From: Candidatus Omnitrophota bacterium
GTDB lineage: Bacteria > Omnitrophota > Gorgyraeia > Zapsychrales > JANLHA01
Assembly (NCBI GenBank): GCA_029560465.1
Contig: JAKQKX010000073.1
Location: forward strand, 79,411 to 143,410
Direction: 5' to 3'
Length of the DNA: 64,000 nt
In this document: piece by piece, positions 42,301 through 54,300 of the stretch
Numbering within the stretch: the first letter of the stretch is position 1
Layout: each line of letters opens with the position of its first letter
Notes under the pieces: model-generated
Database searches by the model: none
What the model saw: the letters and a program-made list of their open reading frames with translations, nothing else
Told to the model about the DNA's origin: nothing
Program-made: the position numbers and the translations under genes

Positions 42301-45300
42301 TCAGAAGTGAGGCCGCTTTGCTTCAGTTTATCGGTCGCGCGAGCATGCCCTGGAACCGCTCCGGGCGTGTAATAATGGATGATATAGGGAGCATGGGTAT
42401 TTTTGATATGATGAATACCGGGCTTACGACAGATTTGAGAACAGAGATTAAAACTGTTCAGGCCCAGACGGTGTTGGATCTTTCTAAGGCCAAGGCCGAT
42501 GGAGCCTCCTTTGTTAAGCAGGCGGCAATAGTTGCTAAGGGCGAAGCGAAAGTAGAGCAGATTTTTCTTAAAGCAATTGCGAGGCAGGAAGCTTTTGAAG
42601 CCCGGAACATACGCGGGTTGATCGTTCAGAACAATTTGATGTCGGCGGCCCAGACCACGGAAATTTTAGCCATGGCTGAAAAAGCCGGTTCTGGAGACCG
42701 GACTGGACAGATGAAGGGACAAAAAATAGCGCAGTTGATTTCCAACCGTGCTGCCGAGATCGCCAGCGGTAATACCACCATGGCAAACATAGGTTTTATG
42801 CCGGTTGCGGATTCTAATGTGTTGGGTGGAAATTTTGTGGGGACAGGAGACGGAAGCATCGCGTTATCTCAAATAGGGTCTTGGACACAGAATTTAGGGG
42901 GGCAAGAATCTTTTGATGTAATCCGAGAAGGTTTCAATATAGAGGTATTAGAAGCTGGAATTGGGACGCAGACAATAAATACAAAAGGTGGGAAGGTCTG
43001 GACGATTCCCGGCTTGTCTTTCTCTTTGTTCACTCCTGCGGAGGACAGCAAGAAGCTTTATGCCGTTTATACTGACAGCACAGGAATCGTGACTTCTAAA
43101 GTTGAGCTTGATCAGGATTGGGCGGCAACGCTGAATAAAGAAGGTGGCAGTATCACAATCCCCACAGGAAACAAGAGCGAGACCATGACCCTGACAAAAG
43201 GGGCGAGAGCAGATACGTTTAAGTTGGCGTATGCCTCCACAACAGGCTTCCAAAAAGATTCTTGGACTTTAAAAGCCCAGGACGCCTATACGATGAATGT
43301 GGAAGGTTTTGGCGTCATGCCGATTGCCACGGAGCAAGATCTCCTGTCAGCCCTGAAGAGCACCGACGTGCGCAAATATCAGACAGGCGTGTTGCAGCCT
43401 GTGAGCAGACAAGCGGTTGTCGCTTTGCTGGGTGAGAAATCGATGGGTGACCTGGAAGATATTTTTGAAAAAACAGGGAATCAGGGAACAGAAGTAACCT
43501 TTACGCAAAATTATCAGGCAGGAATTGACCGGGCGGTGAGTGAAGGCACGATAGAAAAGAGCCAGGGTGACGCTTTAAAGAAGATGGCTAAAACTAAAAA
43601 GGTGGCTAATTTGAGCCGTCAGTTCCTGATGCCTGGCAGCGGTGAAGATACTGCTCAGCAGGAGCCGCGGGTGCAGAATCTTGATATAACGGTTCAGTAT
43701 AAAGGGAATAATATTTTGACTCGTAACAAGAGGGGCGGTTTGGAAATTGGGGTGACCCCGATGATCGGTAGATTTGCGAATGCGTCCACGCGTGCCCGGG
43801 CCTACCGTATGATGGCGCAAACGCTCATGTTGAACAATAATTCTCTGGGCGTGGTCAGTCTTTTAGATGCCGTGATAGCGCAGCAGACGACAAAAGAGTA
43901 TTATGGATACACAGCGGATGAAGATATTGACCAGGAAACACGGTTAGCTATTAAGCGGGCGACATTGCTTTCTTCTCGGAGCGCAGAGGCAAAGGCTCAA
44001 ATTAGTGAATATTTGTCAGCAGGTTCTGGCGAAGGGGTAGCAGAGACGGCTGGAAAACAAATTCAGCAAAAAATGGCTAATGCGACCGCCCGGAGATTGC
44101 TGTCCTCTTATGAAACCATGGTGGATATTTATGGGTATATCGCCCCCAGTTTTGTTTATAATGATGCTTATGCGCAGGATTTTGCACAACAGGTAGAGCA
44201 AATTCGTCAAGAGCAGGGAACGGACGCGGTGGCGCGGGTATTAGCGATTGCTCAAAACGCGAAGAAAATAATCAACGATGGTGTTACTCCTTTAAATTTC
44301 CGGCAGAGATATATATTAACAAAGTTGGCGGAATTGGCCGAACCGGAGAACGAATCGAAAGTCAGGAATTTGATCAGTGCGCCGGTTAGTCTGGGGGAAG
44401 GACTGTATTCCAAAGAGTCCGGTGCTGGCATAAGATTGTTATTGCCTGAAGAAATGACAGACCGGGATCAGGGGCGCGCCGCTTATAGCTCGGATAGACA
44501 TGAAGTTCAGGTTTCCATGATCAACCTTGACCTGACCGGAAAGATTAGTGATAAGACATTTTGGGGGTATGATTTTTGGCATGAGAGCGTGGATCACCCT
44601 GGCTTGGACATTACCAATACCATATTGATGACAAGAGTCAATCTGAACGAAGTCGGCGCTCAATTATTATCTAATTTAAGAATGCAGGACGCCACCCTCG
44701 CTGATACAGAAGAAGGGAAGGATTTGCGGCAGTCAACAGACGTGTTTAATAAGATTTTTGGTAATCTTATGGACATTAAGACAGTTAAGAAATTACAGGA
44801 AACATCATTGCCGGAAATGGCGGATATAGCCTTTAAGAAATATAGTCTCATCCAGCCGGAAGGCGTTAAAAGAGAATTAGAAGCTGAAAGATTTGCTTTT
44901 ACCGCTATTAATTTGATGCAGACCGCTTTAAAAAAGGGCGGAGTGGATGTTTTATATCAGCTGGACGATGAACTCAACGCTTCCAATAATAGAGAAGGGG
45001 TCTACACTCCGAATATCTTGGCTAATTATAGTGAAGCTGAGCATGGGGCAAAAATTTATGTGAAAAAAGGTGGCGTGATTGGAATGGGCAAGGAAGTGTC
45101 TCATTTGATGGCGCTTTTCCATGATGGCAACCATGCTTTAAGCGAAAAGAAAGAAACCGCGTCTCCGGGGTATATGTCCGCCAAGGTCGCTGAGTTGCGC
45201 CAGATTGTCAGTGAAATGAATGACCCGAACCTTACGGAAGCCGTGGGCAGGCTTTTGGATCGGTTCCAGGCTATAGGAAATAATAAATATGACCATCCCG

Positions 45301-48300
45301 TAGAGGATTTGATAGTTGCGCTGAATGATACCAGCCGGACAGATATTACTCCCGCGACTATAAAAACCGAATTGGGTCATATTAAGGACCGCGTTTCTGG
45401 AAGCCGGCAGTTTGATCAAACAGCGCAAAGCACACAAGATTTTGTGGTGGCAGTAGATCAGTTATTAGGTCAGGATACTGTCAGCTCCGATGACCTGAGT
45501 CGCCTGGCATCCATGCCTTTGGCTAAAACCGAATTCGGGGCCGGGGTTGAGCTTATGGGACATGTAGCGCCATTTTTATTCATGCCAGCAGAGGCGGGTC
45601 AGTTCCATGGCAATGACGCAGATTTGTTGACCGTCGCTAACGCCATTATTTCCAATGACCAGTTGGGGCAATTTATGCGTCAATATAATGCCGATATCGG
45701 TGTGCCGGTTGAAGCTATTGCAAAAGCTAAGCAAGCTGAAACTTCTTCTCCGATTAGCGGCACAGAAACAACGGCCGCGTCCTCCAGTTCTCCGATTCAT
45801 GTTATAGGCCAAGATAGTATTTTGGCTTTGAATACGGAAGATGCGCAAGAGTTGTTTTTAGGTATCGCAAATGCGAGCCTTGCGGTTCCGCCGGCGTATA
45901 AACAATATGCGCCGCTTATTCCTGATAACTATCAAGGAACTCTTCCTCCGGATGCAGCCTCGGCGGGTGGTTCTGATGGTAAAAAAAGAAAAACATCTAG
46001 AATTACACGAAAGATCCTTTTTGAAGAAGAGGTTACTGCCGGAGAAACAAGAGATAAAGGAGATTCCGGGGACGGTCTTTCTCATAGTTTAGGTCGTCTG
46101 CAGAACAGCAGAGGAGAAAGAAAAGGTCGGACTCGCAGTGGCTTGGAATCAAAAGAACCAACGACAGCAGTGGCAGGGCGCTTTGCTCCGACTTCTTCTG
46201 CGCCCAGAACTTCTTCTTCGTCAAATCAGGGGGTTACGGCGCCATATGCTTTGGATATTATGATGCCGGTTACCTCTGCGTATTACTCGAATCAGTCCGG
46301 ACAGATTTCTTCTGTGTCTTCAAATATAACCCAGCAGCCTTTGGGGAATATCGTTTCCTCTCCGGTTGCCGGTGAAATGCGGCAATTTGGCTCCGTGTCT
46401 TCGGAGTCTATTGTAGATATGACGACCAGAGACCTTTCTGTTTCTTCTGGTTTGGCGCCTCCGGTCAATATGCCAACGCCGACGTTTAAGCAGCCCGCGG
46501 TATCTTCGTCGATTGTTCCGGTGTCCCCTGTTTCCCCTGTTTTATTGCCGTCTTTCCATGTTTCTTCCACTCCGAAAATTACAACCACTGGTTTTAGCGC
46601 CAGCAATATATCAAGCTCTCCGATTAATTATAATGCGAATATCCAGCAGCGGCCCAGTGCGATCGTTAAGTTACCCACGATTCAGGCCATGGCGTTATTT
46701 AACAACCAAAACGAATTGCGGAATATTATCCGTAGTGAAGCGGAAAATGACTATAACCAGTTAGATAACGCCGGGCTTATTGATCTTTTTGTTGACACCC
46801 TGAAAGATAAGAAGATGGGTGTTGACTCGGAGATTTCCGGCCTGCAGAGCATTGAAGTCGAAAAAGCGGACAGTATCTTAGACCGAGTATTGTATGTTGT
46901 TGCCGGTAAAACGTCATCTGAAGTTAAGAGTTTGGGGCTTACGAGCAATGAAGGGTATCCTCAACAGGGTTATCGTATTGGGCAAGCTGGGCCAAAAGAG
47001 ATGCGCGTTGAGTTGGACGTTATGACTCCGGAAGTCGTTATGCCGATGCTGGACCAGGTGAAGAGTAAGGCGGAAGTCAAAGAATGGTTGATTCAGCAAT
47101 TCAGCGTTCAGAGGATGGCAGAGAGCCTGCCGAAGATGGTTGGCGAGGAAAACCTGCAGGCCGGAGTCGGGAGCCATTATCATCACAGTCGCGCCGAAGA
47201 TTATGACCAGGAAACAGCGCAGGCCATGGAAGTTTACCAGATTTCCACGGAATTTTATCGAAACATCCTCGAGGGGATGGCGACGGATAATGTGCAGTTG
47301 TCAGCGATGCCTTTGTCCCCCAGCCCGACGTCCATTGTCGGCCATCTGCAGGATTATCGTCGTGTTTCGACGGGGAAAGATTTCACTAGCAAACAAAAAG
47401 GCATTGCTGGCCAATATCATTCCGAAGAACGCGTCCCGTATTTGACGAAAAGCGCCCGCGCTTTTGTCGAGACCGCCGTTGTGACGGCCAAGATGAACGA
47501 AGTCAATAGAAGAGTGCTCGAAGATAAAGGGTACAGGGAAGGCATTAAGAAAGATGTTTTGACAAAAACAGTTGTTAAGATGAAGCAGGCGGGCAATTTG
47601 ACGGATGAGCAAATCAAACAAAAAGTCGCTGTTTTGGATAAAGTGATCGGAGACGACGCTTTCTTCCCGGCGGACTTCAATGTTTCTTATACAAAAGATG
47701 CGGGCGCGTTTAAAGAAGTGTTAGAAGCCAGTTATGAAGTTTTTGTGGGTGAGCTTGATTTGCCGGAAAGCATGTCCAGCCGCGCTTTGGCCGCATACCA
47801 GGAATACAATGCCACCGTAGACAAAGTTAAATCTTTATCGGCGAATGACAGCACCCAATTAACCGAAACTCAACAATCCTTGGTCAGCGCGGTAAATAAC
47901 TGGGCCAATGTTTCCACTTTGGATTTCGTTCAGGCGATTAACAATAAGAAGCAAGCCATTGATTTTTCTGGAATTCAAAGCAACCTCTCTGCCCAGAGCG
48001 CATCTTCTCCTGTTAGTATTGAGCAAGCCAAACAGGAATTTAATAAAGCCGTTCGGAGTTATAACGAAGCGGTGGAAAGCGGAAACCGCCTCTATGATGT
48101 GCGTCCGATTGTTAAGGGGATGGCGGCGGCAAACAGGGAATTGAATGCCCTCCCCACCAGCAAAGAAAAGACCGAAATTAGCAAGAAGATCAATCAGGGA
48201 AGTCAGCAGATGTTATTAGAGGGCATAGAGGGCGCCCCGTCGGTCATTAATCGGTTAGGCAAGGCGATCAGTCGTGACGAATATACCCCGAAGGGTCAGG

Positions 48301-51300
48301 AAAAAGCGCAGGTTCAGGAAATTATAGAAATGGCCGCAGTTCAAATGAAGCAATTGGAAGCAGAGAACGGCAAGGCGGCGGTGGCTAATATTCGCCGGGA
48401 CTTCAATGACAGTGTCCGTTCGATGATGGATAAGATTGAAGTTAGCCCGGAGGTCAAGAAAGATATAAGGTTAAGCAGCTATGAACAGAAAAATCCGGCG
48501 ATGTACGGATGGCTGACACAGGCGATCAACGAAGTGGATGAAGCAGCGAATGATGCTCAAGGGCCTTTGTCACACGGGATTACTTATGTGGTCAAAGGTG
48601 GAAAGATATACACGGATGGAACAAAGGCCCCGCACGCCACCTTTATGAATGAGAAGAATTATCCGGAGTTGGGTGGCTTGAAGACCGGCGGCGCCGATTA
48701 TATAGGGTATATGCGGGTCGGCAAACAAAACGGGAAATTGGTATTGGCGGTTGACAAGGGGTCTAATACGGCCAACAGCAGTGCCCAATTGAGAGACTTC
48801 TCTCGTAAGATTGGCGAGTTAAAACGGGTATTAAATGACTTGGGAATTCAAGCCATTGTTTCGGTCAATGGCCGCGGGTTAGAAGCCGATGGTACGTCCT
48901 TAAACGGCCTGAGAGCCCAGAATTATATAACCGATGCGCCCACTAATATTGTTGTTTCTTCCGCGATTACAAAGATGGCGGCCGGTGATGTTTTACGGAC
49001 TCAGGGCAAAAATCTTTGGGCTAACCCGGCGGTGCAGGATACGGCCGTGTATCTGTCGCAGAACGGGTTGGATGAGAGCTTCCAGCGTGTGGAAAAATCT
49101 TCTCTTCCGGCTTACATGGAAGTCTACGAGAAAGACGGGATTCAGATTATTCGTAAGGAATTAACCCGTGAAAACGCCAATGAAATTAGGCAATTAGCGC
49201 AGGCGCAACGCCAGTCGAATGTCCCTGTTTTCTTTGCCAAGGGTGACACGGAGCATTATTATGAAGTTAATCTTGCTCCCGAGGGATATACGACAGCTTA
49301 TCAGGTTGTCCGGAATTCTCCTGATAGATTGGCGAAACTAGCTGAGATTCAGCCGTATATTATGGCGGCGGCTGACGACGGGTTGAGATTTGACAACAGC
49401 CAGTGGTTTGTCCATAATCACCTGCATCCTAAGAATATTATGATCAAACAGAACGATGCCGGTGAAATTGAAGATGTGAAATTTATCGATTGGAAAAAGT
49501 TAAGTAGCTTTAACCCTGCGGCGAAACCAGAAACAGCGCTTCTTCAGCAGGGCGACCAGAACGCGTTAAAAGGCGTCAAGGTTGAGGATGTGGGGTTAGA
49601 GTGGTTTGATTTCACGGATTACGATTTGAGTGGCACTGACTTTACAAAGACCGCCAAGATTTTCGGGTCTTATGTGGATCAGGCCAAGACATCTCAAGAA
49701 ACCAATGTGCCGGAGATGGAAGTTGGTTTGAACTTTGTGGCGTTGGTTCCAGCTATCCCGGCTAACAGGAAAGACGCTACGCCGCGTTTAAGAGGCGGAA
49801 TTCAATCGTCTCCTGTTCAGTTGACCCAGAAGCCGACCGCGGAACAATTCTTGGCTATTAAACAGGCGGTTGCCAAGTCTGATTTCTTCAAGGAAAAGAG
49901 CATTGTCAGCATAAGATCCAATGCCTCTGAACAAGATAAGGCTATTTATGAAGACGGGAAATTAAATGTTAACTTAAATAATTTTGATCTTAAAACAGTT
50001 AATGCCCTCCAGTCTTCCATGGGGGTTGGCGTGGAGCAGGCTTATACGGAATACGCGACGGTTGTTTATAACCATGAAAAATTCCATCGCGAAACGATCA
50101 GTAACGAAAAGAAACAGCGTAGTGCTCAGCCGAGAAAATCCGGCGATTATACCCAGCGCGAGTTGCAGGGCATTATTAGTGAGGCAAGAAAATCCGAGGA
50201 TGATAATATCCGGACGGCGGTTGCAGAAATTGATAAGATTATGTCGCAATCTTACCATTACTCTCCGCAAGACGCAGATTTCGGCGAAGAGATGTTCGCT
50301 AATTATATAGAGAATGGCGGATTAATGGTAAGAGGGGTTTCTGGATCTGGAACCCGGGACGTAAAATTCGTGCTGGCGGCCAACGCTTTAATGCAGAATT
50401 TGGTTAAGCAGAATAAGATTTCCAGGGCTTTTGTTGATCGGATCGCGGAGAAAGCCGAAACAAAGGACACGGCCTTTGATCCTATGGCCACGGATGCGGC
50501 CCGTTTCGTCGCCAATCCCGAATCTTATGCTAAGACGATGTTGGTTGCGGCCAAGAGCAGTTCTGTTTCTTCTCCGATTGAAAGTGATGATTATTCTGAC
50601 TTTGAAGCGGATCGGCCGTATCAGCCGTATACGAACGTGGCGGCTCGGGATGTTTTACAGCCGTTATTCGCCGGAACGCCCGACGCTAGTTCCTTGTCAT
50701 TCCTGGATGTAGGGTCTGGTTCCGGCATTAACACGGTTGCAGCTGCTTCCGAATATAAGGTGAACGCGATTGGTATAGATCCTCAAGCCAGCAATGTGCA
50801 GTTCGCGCAGAATTTGGTTAAATCTTATGCCGGCAATTTAAAAGAGCAGGGCGCTTTTGAAAAACCCGGGGTTGTGGATACCCAGATTGAAGATTTTGTC
50901 GCGCAGGGTGTTCAGCCGAAATCGGTTGAAAACGCGAATTTTGTCGAAGGCAGCGCTACGGATCTCCCGTTCTCCGATAATTCCATTAACAGAATCGTTT
51001 ATACGGATGTTGAGCCTTTCATCTATGATCAAGAAGGTAAAGATAAAGCTATTGATGAAATTTTAAGAGTGGTCAGTAAACAGGACGGGAAGATTATGGC
51101 CCGACCTAAAGCTGGGGCCAAAGAAAATGACGTGGCTGTCTTTGTCGACCGCTTCCGGAATACCGCCGCCCAGAGAGGGCTTGCCTTAGACGTCCAGCGA
51201 ACGGAGATCGCTGGGTCGAACAATGGTATTCTGTTCACGGTTCGGCAGTCAACCCCGGCTTCTTCTCCGATTAACGTGGCTCAAATAGACTCCTTAGAAA

Positions 51301-54300
51301 CACTTCTTAAAGGGGATCTGAAAGGGAAGAGAATTCTTGAAATCGGGCCGGGCGCCAAGACCGATTTGATTGAAGCTTTGGTGGATGCCGGTGCGGAAGT
51401 TTGGGCGGTTGATTCCAGGATTATAGGTCGGGGTGAAGAAGCGCTTATTTTTAACAATCCTGATAAGCAGAGCGGAGTGGTTGCTGGTGCTCAGGCGCAA
51501 ATAGCCGACATGACGCAGTTTCTTAAAAATTATATGACTCAAAATCCGGACAAACCTTTTGATGCCGTTATTTCAAGAGGGGGCTTTGAGATCGGTTATG
51601 TGACGCAGGAAGGGAAAGCGCAGTTCTTAGAGAAAGATCAAGTTAAGACTTTGACGGACACATTAAGCCTCTTAAAAGGTGGCGCGCTTAAAGAAGACGG
51701 CGTGTTGGTGGCGGAAATGCATTGGCCGGAAATGTCCTTGGCTGCGATGGCTCCAGGAAAGATCGAAGAGGCAGGGTTCCGTAATAGATCTGTGACAGAT
51801 AAAGTGCTTGTCCTTCAGCCGGCTCGGGTGAGCGAGGCGAAGTCTTCTCCGATTTCTTTGGGTGATTCTGAAAAGCGTTCCGCCCCTGCTCAAATGACTC
51901 GCGCCCAATTGGAAACAGAGGTTCAGGCTTTGAGGAGTTTAGTTATTACCGATCCATTAACGAAAATTTATAATCGTGCCGGTTTTGAGAAACGTTTGGC
52001 AGAAGATGTTTCTGTTGTGAGTCGCGACCGCCGTCACCGGCTACAGGTTGTTCTTCAGGATTTGGACCATTTCAAGGCAGTAAACGACCTCTTTGGACAT
52101 CAGGTCGGGGACAATGTTTTGGCAGGCGCGGCTCGCATTATGCAGGAAAGTATTCCGGAAACCGCGACGGTTGGCCGTTGGGGTGGAGAAGAATTCACGC
52201 TTTCCTTGCCGGGCATGAGCGCTGTCCAGGCAGTAGAAGTGGTTGATGGTATTCGGAGCAATCTCGTGAACGGCGTTTTGCCGGGTGAAGACCAGTTGAA
52301 TGACCGCGAGTTTGTCCAGAATGCTATTACCAGCATGGTCAAAGCTGCTGAAACGGGCCGATTGACTAAACAGGAAGCAAATAATTTTAAAGCGGCGCTT
52401 ATTCATCAGTTTGAAGAGCAAGGGCTTTCCGGCGTTACTCCTACGACGGCAGCGGGAGAAGACGGATTAAAGGTCTTTTTGGTTGGCATGGAAGGGATTT
52501 CTAACATGCCGACTGCGGAACAGATGCGGCAAATGCCGTTGGCCGAATTGCCGTATGAACAGTTGAGCCGTTGGGTGAGTACCAGTGGACAGGAAGGGGA
52601 AGACTTCGCCATTTCCATCCCTGGCGTGAGCGCGGCCGAGGCCCAGAAGATTGTCGGGGATATCCGGGTGAAATTGAGCTCCGAGAGCATCCCGGAATTC
52701 GTCCAGTTGAATGACCGAGATTTTGTCCAGCAGAAAATTCGCAGTTTCGTGGATGATGCCGTTGCCGGTAAGCATACGCAGAAAGAAATCAGTAAGGTCA
52801 GGTCTGCTATTGTTCACCAATTTAAGGTGCAGGGAATCGAAGTTGAGGGTTCTCCAACCCCAGCGCAGATGATGCAGATGCCGCTGGCCGAGTTGCCTTA
52901 TGAAAAATTAGACCGCTGGGTGGTGACAAACAGCGCGGGTGTGGCGACGTTTGATCCGAAGGAAGACACCATTAATACGGCAATCTTGCACGCGGATGTG
53001 GCTTTGGCGCAGGCTAAGTCGGAACGCGCTAAGACCCAGATTATTAAGAATGCCATCGGGGAACGCGACGCCGGTATTGAATTTTCACACAGTTATAGTC
53101 AGGGTGAAGCGATAGTTGAGCAGATGACCCGTGAAGACCTGGAAAAAGAAGTCGCGGTATTAAGAGATCTGGAAAGTTTTGATCAGTTGACGAGGGTTTA
53201 TAATCGCCGCGCTTTTGATAAAAAAGTTGAAGAGGCCGTGGCCTCCGTAAGAGCTCCTGGCGAACGCCGTAAACGTTTGAATTTTGTTATGGTGGACATT
53301 GATTATTTCAAGTCCATCAACGATTTGTTTGGGCACGATGTGGGCGATGATGTTTTGCGCGGGTTGGGTGTCGTGGCCAAGGCTTCTGTCCGGGACAGCG
53401 ACAAAGTAGGCCGCTGGGGCGGAGAAGAATTCGGCATAGTTATCCCCAATGCCAGTGCCATGGATACGGTCCGCATTGTGGATAGAATCCGGGCAGGGTT
53501 AAGAAATGCGATGATTCCGGAATTATCAGCTTTGAATGACCGGAACTTTGTGCAGGGGAAATTAAGAGAGTTTGTTGATGCGTCCCTGTCCGGGAAAAAG
53601 ACCGAAGATGACGTCACGGCAACTAAGGTCGCCTTGATTCATCAGTTCCGCGTTCAGGGTTTTAAAGATTTGCCTTCTAATGAAGCGATGATGGACATGC
53701 CTCTTGTCGAGCTTCCTTATGATCAGTTGGACCGTTGGGTAGTGACGCATAGCGCCGGAGTCAGCGACTATAATGCGGCTCAGGAAAACCCGACAGAAAA
53801 CATGGTTTTGAAGGCGGATCTCGCTTTATATTCGGCAAAAGAAACCCGTAGCAACACCCGCGTTTATGAAACCAATGTCCAGCAGGCAGTTAATAAATAC
53901 GCTAAAGAATTAGCGCATAGTTCCAAGCATTTTATTTGGCAGTTGGAAACCGTTGCTGACACTGCCGTGCAGGGAGCTCCACAGAGCCGGGAGGCAAAAA
54001 GCGCCTTTAAGATCGCCCAGGCCCATGGCCGGAAAGTGTTGGCAACGTATGGTGTCACCGAAGGGCATGAAGATTTTCAGCCGCTAATGGATTCTTTTAT
54101 CCAGACTCTTGCCCAGGAGCGCGGACGCGTTTCTTCGTCTCCGGTGGAACAAACTTTGGGGAGCGTAAGTTCTCCTGTTCCTGTCGAACCGTTCAAGGCG
54201 CAGCTTTCCTTTGGGCGCGGCCGGAAGAGCGATAATGTTGTTAGAATTCTTGGGGAACTCGATAAGACCGATTTGAAAGAACAGCCGCAGCAATATCTTG

